Of a stretch of DNA of 64,000 bases, positions 52,871 to 64,000 are shown in pieces (the first letter of the stretch is position 1; every line of letters begins with the position of its first letter). The stretch covers positions 29,388,001 through 29,452,000 of the forward strand of contig OY740794.1 of NCBI GenBank assembly GCA_963514005.1. The letters run 5' to 3'. This DNA is from Raja brachyura. Lineage: Eukaryota. The position numbers and the translations under genes are program-made. The notes under the pieces were generated by a model that was not told the DNA's origin, did not search any database, and saw only the letters and a program-made list of their open reading frames with translations.

Positions 52871-53698
52871 TTGAATTGAATTACCTTTATTGTCATTCAG
52901 ACCTTTCGGTCTGAACGAAATTTCGTGCCTGCAGTCATACATATATTAAAAGTAACAAAACCACACAATAAACACAAATTTAACATCCACCACAGTGAGT
53001 TCACCAAACACCTCCTCACTGTGGTGGAAGTCAAAAGTCTTAGAGTCTCTGTCTTCTTCCCTCCTTGTTCTCCCTCTGCGCTGAGGAGATCCAGGCCTCC
53101 GATGTTGTCGTCCACCAGGCCCGCGTCCGAGCCTCCGAAACCGGGCCGCCGCCACCGCCGTCGCCGGAAAGGCGGAACACCGCCACAGGGCCCGCCGCTG
53201 GAACGCTGGAGCACCGCAGCTCCAAAGCCAGGTCGCCGCTGGAGCACTGCAGCCCCGAAAGCCAGGCCGCCGCTGGAGCACCGCAGCCCCGAAAGCCAGG
53301 TCGCCGCTGGAGCACCGCAGCCCCGAAAGCCAGGTCGCCGCTGGAGCACCGCAGCCCCGAAAGCCAGGCCGCCGGAACGCCACTGGAGCACCGCAGCTCC
53401 GAAAGCCTGGTCGCCGCTGAAGCTCCGAAGCCATGCTGCCGCTGCTGGAAGCTGGAAGGCCGCCAGCTGCGCCATTAGTGCCTCAGCACAGACGGAGACG
53501 GGGACGGGGCACACGGCAAGAAAAGTCGCATCCCCCCGAAGGGAGAGACTAACACCCTGTTTCTCCCCCCCCCACACACACACACACAGCCTAATAAACC
53601 AAAATAATCGCTAAAAACAGACACGAAGACAAAAATAAAATAAAAAACAGACGGACTGCAAGTGAGCCGCATCTGCCAAGCAGCGCCGCCACTTCCGA
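52871..53698 (-). mobile_element. Young CpG-rich non-autonomous retroelement with an internal minisatellite
   Basis: The minus strand starts CGGAAGTGGCGGCG and ends with a stem-loop, AATAAA and an (ATTCA)n tail. It has no credible ORF. Confidence 0.7.
53193..53420. repeat. 34-bp GC-rich minisatellite, about 6.5 copies
   Basis: The unit CGCCGCTGGAGCACCGCAGCCCCGAAAGCCAGGT starts at 53234, 53268, 53302 and 53336, with variant copies on both sides. Confidence 0.95.
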
Positions 53699-56600
53699 TG
53701 ATCCTACATGTGTGACAGGAAGAGCGATCCACCTTATTCAACCCATCTGTCCATCCCGCCAGCATCACCTGCCTGCTTACCTTCGGCAGAGCAGTCCCCA
53801 CACTGGCCTCATCATCCACCTCAGAAAGCCCAGACCAAAAAATCTCCAGAAGTAAGCCTGCTATTATTGATCTCACCGACAGCGTTTGGTGAAATCAGCT
53901 AACAACAAAAACAGGTCAGCAAACAGTACTGTGGTAACTCAGTGAGTCAGGCTGCAACTCTGGCGAAAAAGGATGGGCGACATTTCGGGTTGGGACCCTT
54001 CTTCAGACTGTACTTTGAGACTATCTATGGTATAAACCAGCATCTGGGTTCTTTGTTTCTACATTTTGTCAGCAGGGAGAAATTCATTTTGGTTTCCCAA
54101 AATAAAATGGAAAGCATGAATTTATGAATCACTGCAACAGCTATTGAGTATTGAAAGTAAAGTTTCATACAAAGAGAATTTCACTTCCTTTCAGTAAGCA
54201 AAACATTTCATTGGGATTAATCAAGGGAGTTGCTGCATTGCAACTTAACTGGTGACACGTTCAAAAAAGATTTTTTTTGAAAAACACTTTTGGAATTATC
54301 TTCAGATCTGAACCAGGGGATCAGCCATTTGCTGTAAGTGCATTATTATATTTCTCCTCATTCCTTTTTGTTGCAGTTGCCACTGTTTATGCTGAATTCT
54401 TTCGTGTTATTTGCACTCCTCACCCCTACAAACTGGGATATTTAAGAATATCTGACAAATGCCACAGACACAGTTCAGCTCCCAGATAGGCAGGTGTTGT
54501 CAGAATTCTGTGCCTCAAGCTAGTAAAAAAGGCATTTCAGATTAAACAAATGCTACAAAAGCAATCACCTCCCACATCACTAAACCCTGCCGATGCAAGC
54601 TGTATTCAAATGAGGAGTCCTGTGCTGGCACACCCACATAGACAGACTCTGCTGTTCTCTTGCACACTAAGATCTTTCAAACTTTACTCAGAACTTAAGT
54701 GGTAATTTTGCAACTTTAGAATCCTGAGCACCTGATGATTACAGAAATTAGACCACATTTTCTGTAAAAAAAATATTCCAAAAGCTAGGAACAAACAACA
54801 CTTTGCTGAAATGGAAGAGTATGTTTTTCTAAGCTACGGTACATCTTTTTTCTCTAACAAGTATCATGAGCAAATTATCATTAGAGTCACAGAGACAGAG
54901 AATGGAAGCAGACCCTTCAGTCCAACTCATCCATACCGAATAAGTGCCTACCTGAGCTGGTCCTATTTGTCTCATTTTGTCCTTTTAAACTATCAGTTCC
55001 ATATTATTCTCAAAGAATTTCCCCAATTTGATCTGAGCAAATTCAGTTTTGGCATTTTGACAAAACTCAGAAGGGATCAGTTTTCTCAGCTGAATTTAAT
55101 TCTACCATCAGCTGTGGTTGTTTTAACATGAAATAATTATTGTCTCCCATTATAAATATCGTTTCGCGTTATAAATACGGCTTCACTGTGCAAAGGTGCT
55201 GAGGCAGCTCGAAAATGCAGAGCTTTTCACTCCCCGTTTTCCCTTTGTTCAAACTAAGTACAACATTTTTTCAGACTGTTCCCCTTTTATGTTACATTAC
55301 TGTGCCTTCATTCTGAAATCCCCATTTCTCTGTGAATCAGAGTTCAGAAGACGAAGGCCTGGGGAATGCGAGCCCTGAGGGCATGTTTCCACCTACATAT
55401 TGCTGCAGACTGCTGACACTGCATATCTCCCTCACCCATCCCATTAAGCAATCCATAGCAACACAGTTTTGGATCTGTATTATGAATTGTCTTCTTCAAT
55501 GAATAGCCTACTTTTGTCAAAGCCTCTACCTAGTATGCAACAATAAGCAGCAGTTAAGCACTGGAATACTTAATGCACAAAGTCATTCTATACTTTTGAT
55601 AATTGAACTTTACAATACAGCTTAACAAACTTAGTTATGACAAATACAATGTCTAGACTTTGATACTGAATAATATGTTCTTAAACAGACTTTGGTCCTT
55701 CAATGGCAAATAGATTAACTGGGGAGAACTGGGACATTCATCTACCACGTGTGCATAATTTATAATTGGAGGCAAATCTACATTATTTAAGGACCTTTTT
55801 CTATTGTTTTATCCTTCAGTTAGGCTCCGGGGCAAGAGGTTAGGTATTATGTAAAAACAAAGAACTGTGGATGTTGGTTAATACACAAAAGCACACAAAG
55901 TGCCGGAGTAACACAGCAGGTTGGGCAGCATCTCTAGAGAACATGGATAGGTGACGTTTCAGGTCAAAAGGTTCTGACCCAAAACATCACCTACCCAGGT
56001 TAGGCGTTGCTAGCTATCTACAAATACTGAATTAAAGATGTGAAAAGTTCAGTTGCCACAGCTGGTGAGGACATATTTTCACATTAATAGGCTAACATCT
56101 CAGTCATGTCAGCACAGAGGAGAATCACAAAGGACATTTACCAAAGGAAGAAACTGGAATAATTAGTGTGAACAGTGGTCACCCACAAAAATGTTCTTCA
56201 CTAAAGCTCAGCAGTGGATGGGCTATACAAACACTGAACACCCACCCACAAGAGGGCGTGAGGCTTCGAGCTGAAGAAAGCCACGTTATATTTGGCAGAT
56301 ACACTTTATTACAGTCCTTTTGCCTGTTAAGACAAGTTTTAAAAAACTCTAGTCCAACACAATTTTTCATTGTGAATTTTTTTATTGTAATAATTAGATT
56401 TATTACAATCTTAATTCCATTGAAGGGCTGGTGTTTGCTCAATGCATGGCCATTGCCAAAAGGCCAATCTCAAGTATCTGAAACACAGTTGAGATTCACA
56501 AACTAACCCTCTTACATATGCAGCCAAATCGTTTCTAACCCCAGGGCAACTTAAAAAGTTAATTAAAAATCCACAAGGACCAGACACACGAGTGTATCAT

Positions 56601-59600
56601 TCCTGGTTACCAGGGTACAATCCAACTCAAAGCACTTGCATATAGTTAAGTGGAACTGCTGCAAAACCACTTATCCGGATAGACATCAGTCTCTTTAATC
56701 AGAAATCATGTAATTTCAAATGAAGGCTCGTCAGCCCATTCAAATCTGCTGCTGCAGGATACTTATCACACCCACTCTCCATTGCAGTATCTTACTGTTT
56801 CTTACATCAGCCAAGTAATTGCTACAATCACACTTCCTAGAGGTCTGTTACAGCTGCTGACCACACCATGTACACAAATGGTTTGTTCTGGCAATCTTAA
56901 ACTTGCCCTTCACACCACAAATCTGTGACACCGGCTACAATGCAACATTAACAGCCACTTTCTTTTTCCTGATCTTTCAATGCCTGCTCTAGTACAGAAT
57001 CATTTTCTATCTATTTTAAAGCAGATTAAAATTCTCATATCTATGTCCTTCCTATCAACTTACCTTACAGATTGCTAGGGCCACATTTCTAATGACAGCT
57101 GATAATGTAAGCATATCATATTGTAATTGCACCGTTTTGCCTGTGGAGGCACTGCTGGGTGTATTACAAGATGATTCCATGGCAGCTTCCATTAATAACA
57201 CAAACAAGCAGTTAAAATACAAATATAAAAATAAGGGCTCAAAGCAAGACTGCTTGGCAGAGATGATGTCTGGGCAATGCTATCTATTCTCCAAATCCAC
57301 CACGTGAAACCTTGTCTCAATTCCTCAAGTGCAGGATCAAAGAAGTCTATTAGAAAATATTGCCTAACAAAAAGGTGAGCATTTGGGATGTAGTGAGATG
57401 ATACAGTTACCTCTCATCTCCAAGATAATGACACACTGTTGTGATGACAATCTAATTTCACTGACAACTATCTCAAGTCCCTGGGGATGGAATTCCACAA
57501 ATCAAACAAGCACACAATTCTACATTCACTTAAAGCACAAAAGGATGGGGAAAAAAAAAACAATCTCAAAGGAGGGCCACAACATAGAAGAGAAAACTAC
57601 TAAGATATCCCAACTCCGACTAAGTTCAGAACATCTATTATTGATTCGTATTGGTGTCAAGGGTCAGTTGTGAAGGCAGGAGAATGGGGTTGAGAGGGAA
57701 AGGTAGATCAGCCATGATTGAATGGGCGAGTAGACTTGATGGGCCGAATGGCCTAATTCTGCTCCTCGAACTTATGAACATATTTTCTCCCCACTTAGTG
57801 ATACCGTAACAAGGATTATAAAATGTTCTTATGAGGCACTTTATCTGAACCACAGCAGTAAAAACAATTCAAGTAGCATTACGCAGAACAAATCAAAATA
57901 CTAAAAGCAGAAAATGCTATAGCTCCTCAGCAGACAAGGCACTATCTGTGCAAAAAGAAATATAACGAATGTTTAAATCATTGACTGTGATTCAGTAAAT
58001 GAAAATTAATAAGCAGCAGGTGCTGGAAAGACTGAAATAAAAGATGTTGAGGCACTGAGACAGAGTGCATCTGTGGAAAGAGAAACAGTGAATGTTTCAG
58101 ATCAATGAAGCGAAAGTGAATAAATATGACTTCCTTTAACTCTATCAATTACCGACAAACTGAGAACTGCTATGCGATTATTCCGAAACACTACTTTTGG
58201 CATCTGGCTCATGAGTGATGCATCCCACACCCCCTTGAAACTCCCTGGGCCCAGACTTCCCATTCTCTGGTAAACTTAGCTGGTTTACTAGAAATGTATA
58301 ATATACTAATTAATACGTAAAAACAGTGAATCAAAAGTGCAGTATAATAGAAATAACATCTAGTGTTCTGGACAATCAGATGAAAGTCCTGGGAGAGGCA
58401 GGTTATCATATTATTCCAACATAAACATCACCCCACACAGCTCGGTCATTCCCTCTTCTCTTTCTGTCGGGCATCTCCCGAGGGATGACTTTATGGAGGT
58501 TTATGAGGAATATAGATAGGATGGATGGAGACTTTTTCCTAGAGTGTAGGAGTCTAGAACAAATGTTTTTAACATACCACCAGATTCAGGAATAGCTTTT
58601 TCCCTGCTGTTATCAGACAACCATGAGACTCTTATGAACTATGGGTGCAGCCCCAATTTACCAACCTTCCTAATTACAAACCTTGTAGTTTTATTCAAAT
58701 CTGTATTTTCTCTATAACTGTAATACTATTACACTATAACATTTTTTCTCTTTGCACTACCTGTTGTACTTGCGTATGGCTTGAATTGTACTCATGTACT
58801 GTATGACCTGACTGGATAGCAGGCAAAGCTTTTCACTATATCTTGCAACATTTGTCAATAATAAACCATTACCAATATTGTTAGAAGAGATTGAATATGC
58901 TGGGTTTGTTGTCACTGGAACCTAAGAGGCTGAGGGATGATTATATGGAGATTTATGAGGGACACAGATAGGGTAGATAGTCAGGGCATGTCTAGAACAA
59001 GTGGTGAGAGGGGAGAAAGTTAAAGGAAAACTGAGGACAAATATTTCACTCAGAGGGCGGTGGATATATGGAACGAGCTGCCAGAGGAAGTGGTGGAGGC
59101 AAGTACAATTACAACATCCAGAAAACATTTGTATGGGAGAGGGGTAGAGGGATCGGTCTAATGCAGAACAATTGCATAATTATAAATAAACTGCAGTCAG
59201 CATGAATGAGTTGGGCTGAAGGGCCTGTTGTGTGCTTTGCAGCTTTATTACTTGGAAAGGACATGGAAGATTGTTTCCCCCACATTCATTTTTGAAACAT
59301 TATCTCTTTTACTTTCTGCACATTACAATAGCTAACCTGCTGAGTATTTCTAGGGTTCTCTCCGTCACTCTTAAAGTAAAATCTGTACAGTTCAATCATC
59401 ATTCTACCAAGCAGTCGAGGAAATACTAGATAGTTATTGCAGTTTACAGCAGAAATGGTTCAGAGTGTAATGGTCAAGTTCAGTATCTGAAATTATCACT
59501 GGACAAGCAACATCGATACCTCAAACAGCTCGAGTAGCAGGATGGTGACAGCGGAGCACATACACACAGGAATAACAGACACTCAGATTTTCAGGAGTGG

Positions 59601-60607
59601 CAATGAGGTAACAGAGGGGAGCATATTTCAGAACAGCACAGGGCAACAACAAACAATGGAGGGGTGCAATGTCCAAGGGAGTGAGTAAAGTGCCATGGAT
59701 GAGCAGTGTGCTGGAAACTATGCTCCACAAGGACCAAAGACTTGAAGGAGAATTAAGAACATCTTCAAAGAGAAGCAATGCAATCCAAAGATTTCACTAT
59801 ACATCAATGAAAAAAATCAAATGTTATAAGAGGGCATAGCTTTAGGGTGAAAGGGCAAAGATTAAAGGAGGTGTGCGGGGCAACTTTTGTTTTACATGCA
59901 GAAGGTGGTGAGTGCCTGGAATACATTGCCAGGATTGGTGGTTGAGACAGATTTGATAGTGGCATTCAAGAGGCTTTTGGATTGACACATGCATGTGCAG
60001 GGAATGGAGGGATAATGCACAGGTAGGCAAGAGATTGTCTGGGCATCATGTTTGACATGGACATTGTGGGCTGAAGGGCCTGTCTTGTGCTGTTCTATAT
60101 TCTATCAAACCAGTTAGCTGATCTCAGGACTGGTGTGATATTTGTAAACATTCCAGCAGTTAATAATCTGAATCTTGTGAATTGGTGTCTTGTATTGGTA
60201 ACTAATTCCCATTACCTATTATTGCTGTTCCGAATTAGATTGTATTACCTTCAATAAAGAGAGAATAAAATGGTACAGAACGTTAGTGTTAATCAGCGAC
60301 GTCTCTGAAAGACTGCATCAGTTGTTAAACGCTGGCCTGACACAGAGAGGCTGTTTCTATTCTTGACGTGATCCATTTAAAACTCAGCTCTCCGGCTCTA
60401 ACTGCCTGCCGGTCGGTCATTCCGAGTGGCTACTACTGTTGTGGACCCCTAGTGGACATCAGGAAAACCAAGGCAGCTGTTCACCCAGTTAAAGAGGACA
60501 GCCACTCCGAGGATAGACCAGTTCTCATAGGTGTTAGTGAGTTTAATATTGGTAGCCATTTCACCTTTCATCTTTTCACATTCATTGCGAACCAGACCGT
60601 GCCGTTT

Positions 60608-60735
60608 CCCTGACCTATGCAACTCATCATACAACCTCCCTGACTCAGACAGCCCAGTAAACTGTCACCCTGACACAGACAGCCCAGCATGCCATCACCC
60701 TGACCCAGATATCCCACCGTGCTGTCACCCAGACC
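60608..60735. repeat. Degenerate 30-bp tandem repeat, about 4 copies
   Basis: CCCTGAC recurs at 60608, 60638, 60668 and 60698, with CCCAGAC at 60728. Confidence 0.8.
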
Positions 60736-61145
60736 GCCTACCACAGCTATTTCCTTGCTGAACAGAAGCAGAGACAGCCAGTCACATCTCCATGCCTGCT
60801 CTATTCTTCAATATCACAGTTGACCTTTCATCTGAGCTCTAGCCTCCTGCTAGAAATCCCTTGAAAACCTGAACATCCAAAAACCTCTGACTGAATATAC
60901 TCAGCAAGTGAATCTCCACAGCCCCCTTGGGTCTTGAATTCCAAAGGTTTACACCATGTGAGACACCCTCCAATGACTCAGTACCTTCTGGGTGAAGACA
61001 TTTTTGTTTACTTCTGCCCCCAATGGCTGAGCCTTAGTTTGGAGACAATAACCCCGGCTTTCAAAACCCTAGCCAGGGGAAATGTCCGCTCCACACTGTT
61101 GCATAATTCATTCATAACACTAGCAACTCTACAGTTTGTACTCAC

Positions 61146-61278
61146 CCACATTGGATTCATCGGCTCCACATCTTGCATGCGCACCATATCCATGCTGATC
61201 TCGATCCTATTCCCGGGCACCCCCTCGTGTGGCTCATCGCTGAACGATAGGTCAATTGGCTGAATGTTTAAAACCGGC
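61146..61278 (-). CDS. TP63: TP63 exon 3 (TA-isoform-specific, transactivation region)
   Basis: The minus strand reads ttatgcag|G CCG GTT ... ATG TGG|gtgagt. The exon is 133 nt and encodes PVLNIQPIDLSFSDEPHEGVPGNRIEISMDMVRMQDVEPMNPMW, collinear with recalled human TAp63 [44 protein letters not shown]. It ends in phase 0, compatible with exon 4. Confidence 0.93.
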
Positions 61279-61610
61279 CTGCATAATTACAACACCTCAC
61301 AGAATGTTATCAAGTCTACCACGCCCATTCAAGAGCAACTCACTAATTCCACCCCTGCCCCTTCTCCCTCACCTTGCAAAGTTTTCCTCACCATAAATTT
61401 ATCCAATTCCCTCTTGAAGACCAACATGGAACCTACCTCCATCACATTTGCAGGCAATGTGCTCTAGATCCCAGCCACATTAGAACATAAAACAGTACAG
61501 CACAAGAGCAGCCTTTTAGCCCACAATGTCTGTGCCGAACATCATGCCAAGTTAAATTAATCTTCTCTGCCTGCATACTATGGAAAAGTGTTTGGACACA
61601 TCTTGGATAG

Positions 61611-63380
61611 TCAAGTCAAGAGTCAAGAGAGTTTTACTGTCATGTGTCCCAGATAGAACAATGAAATTATTGCTTGCTGCAGCACAACAGATTATGTAAA
61701 CATAATACAGAACAGGAGATAAAAGTTCAGTGTGTCAAGTTCAATAGGCTGTTATTGTTCAGACCTTGTTTGATGTTGTGATTAATAGCCTGATGGCTGT
61801 GGTGAAGAAGCTGTTCCTGAACCTGGATGTTCCAGATTTCAAGCTCCTGTACCTTCTTCCCGATGGCAACGGAGAGATGAGTATGTGGCCAGGATGGTGT
61901 GGGTCTTTGATGACGTTGGCAGCCTTTGAGGCTGCGACTGCGATACATCCCTTCGATGGTGGGGAGGTCAGAGCAGATGATGGACTGGGCAGTGGTCACA
62001 ACTTTCTGCATTCTTTTCCACTCCTGGACGTTCAAGTTGCCAAACCAAGCCACGATGCAGCCGGTCTGTATGCTCTCTACTGTGCACCCGTAGAAGTTCG
62101 AGAGTGTCCTCCTTGACATACCGACTCTCCGTAATCTTCTCAGGAAGTAGAGGCGCTGATGTGCCTTCATTATAATTGCATCAGTGTGCTGGGACCATGA
62201 AAGATCTTCGGAAATATGCACGCCCAGGAATTTGGAGTTCGTGACCCTTTCCACCATCATCCCGTTGATAGAAACGGGATTATGGGTCCCTATCCTACTT
62301 CTTCCAAAGTCCACAATCAGTTCCTTAGTTTTGCTGGTGTTGAGAGCCAGGTTGGTGTGCTAGCACCATTTGGTCAATCGTTCGATCTCACTTCTATACT
62401 CTGGCTCATCACCATCAGTGATTCGTCCCACAACAGCGGTGTCATCGGCGAACTTGATGATGCGCAGCTACACAGTCATGAGTATAGAGTACAGCAGGGG
62501 GCTGAGCACGCAGCCTCGAGTTGCTCCCATGCCGATTGTTATCGAGGATGACACATTTCCACCAAAACGGACAGACTGTGGTCTGTGGATGAGGAAGTCG
62601 AGAATCCAATTGCAGAGGGATGCACAGAGGCCCAGATCCGTGAGTTTGGTAACCAGCTTGGAGGGGATGATGGTATTAAACGCCAAGCTGTAGTCTATGA
62701 ACAACAGCCTGACATATGCGTTTTTGTTGTCCAAGTGGTCCAGAGCGGAGTGGAGAGCCAGCGAGATCACATCCACCGTTGACCTGTTGTGGCGATAAGC
62801 GAACTGCAGTGGGTCGAGGTTCTTGTTGAGGTAGGAGTTGATATGCACCATGATCAACCTCTCAAAGCACTTCACCACCACAGCCACTGGTCGATAGTCA
62901 TTGAGGCACATCACCTTGCTCTTCTTGTATTATTGATGCCGTGTTAAAGCAGGTGGGATCCTCAGATCTCAGAAGTGGGAGGTTGAAAATGTTGGTAAAA
63001 ACTCCAGCCAGTTGGTCTGCACAGGTTTTGAGAACACGACCGGGTATACCATCAGTCCAGGCGCTTTCCGAGGGTTCACCCCTCTGAAGGATCTGACGTC
63101 GGCCTCTGTGAATGAAACACTATCACGGCGAATGGGGACTCGGGAAGGCACATCAGTGTTCTCCCTATCAAAGCGTGTGTAGCATGCATTGAGCTCGCCA
63201 GGGAGTGATGCTTCACTGACATTTGAGCTGCCTCCTGATTTCGCCTTGTAGGAAGTGATGGCAATCAAGCCCTGCCACAGTTGCCGAACATCCGTCTCAT
63301 CCTCCAGTTTGGATTAGGTCCCTTTTGGCCTTTTTGAGGGCCTTACCAAGGTCGTATCTGGACTTCTTGTAGACCTCAGC
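61611..63380 (-). mobile_element. Rex1/Babar-clade LINE, 5'-truncated, frameshifted RT
   Basis: ORFs 62468..62914 (NDYRPVA...KCFERL...[14 protein letters not shown]...[17 protein letters not shown]), 61727..62314 (KFLGVHISEDLSWS...AHQRLYFLRRLRR) and 62969..63268 are pieces of one RT, followed by a (CTTGA)n tail. Confidence 0.92.
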
Positions 63381-64000
63381 ATAGGAAAGGAGTAGAGGGA
63401 TATAGTCCTAATGCAGGCAGGTGGAATTAACATAGATAGATATCATTGTTATGATGGATGAGTTGGACTGAATGGCCTGTTTCTATGCTTTCCACCTCTC
63501 TGCCATATAGCAATGACAGTTGTGGGAGATGTGTAAGCTTTGTACTAGATTTCGGCCATAAATCTATTCCCTGAAATGATGGCAAAGGAATCGAGAAATG
63601 CAAGAATCAGAAATGAAAATGAAAGCAACAATTCAGAAATTGGCAGCAGAATTGTGGCATTTTCACATTATGTGCATGTACCGTCAATATATCAGAAAAA
63701 AGACAAAAGCAGAGGATCAAGTACGACTGGAACACAGACCATTCCACAAACTCAACATTAGATCAAGCACAGCTTGTGGTTCTTATAGGTTCCCGCAGTC
63801 ACACCTGTGACCTGGAGAAAGTGAGTGGAACTGAAGAATTTATTTAGTGCAAGGATTGCAGCCATTGTTGAAGGTTGAGAAAGACTGGTTAGGCCTCTGT
63901 TCAAAAAGGGAACGGCCCTCAGACTATTCTGCGAAACAGGGGCTGAGGAAGGGAATGCAATGGAAGTGGACAGCCAGATACCATAAAAAAAGGCAAAGAT

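Larger units (their letters stand above)
52280..53870 (+). mobile_element. Old RTE-type LINE 3' fragment, interrupted by 52871-53698
   Basis: It encodes KAMVYQAAVIPVLLHASETCTAYS at about 52448-52520, and a GLIIHLR-like zinc-finger remnant at about 53805-53825. Confidence 0.55.

Noticed and set aside
53193-53420. CRISPR-like array
   Set aside because: The units are contiguous tandem copies with no unique spacers, in a vertebrate intron.
52897-53614. Longest ORFs in the track (228/229 aa on both strands)
   Set aside because: They are open only because of a GC-rich 34-bp minisatellite. The peptides are frame-rotating repeats with no domain.

Overview
This is vertebrate genomic DNA, most likely from a cartilaginous fish (skate or ray), an inference from the repeat landscape. 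It covers the 5' part of TP63 on the minus strand. Three coding exons can be read with canonical splice sites: TA-specific exon 3 (61146-61278), the DeltaN-specific first exon encoding MLYLENAAQSQYSE (41100-41141) with its internal TATA/CCAAT promoter, and the common exon 4 (14839-15090). I did not find exons 1-2 or exon 5 onward, so they probably lie outside the window. The rest is intron, densely filled with decayed retroelements (CR1, Rex1/Babar, Tx1/L1, RTE, V-SINEs, Penelope-like elements), plus a 245-N assembly gap. Nearly all other ORFs in the track are spurious or TE-derived. Most notable: (1) many Penelope-associated minimal hammerhead-ribozyme motifs, some as tiny TSD-flanked insertions and several with an intact core on the TP63 sense strand; (2) a candidate p63-autoregulatory enhancer in intron 4 next to a 178-bp near-perfect palindrome; (3) a (CT)n polypyrimidine tract with a candidate distant branch point at exon 4. 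TE boundaries are approximate, and protein comparisons with human p63 are from recalled sequences, not from a search.
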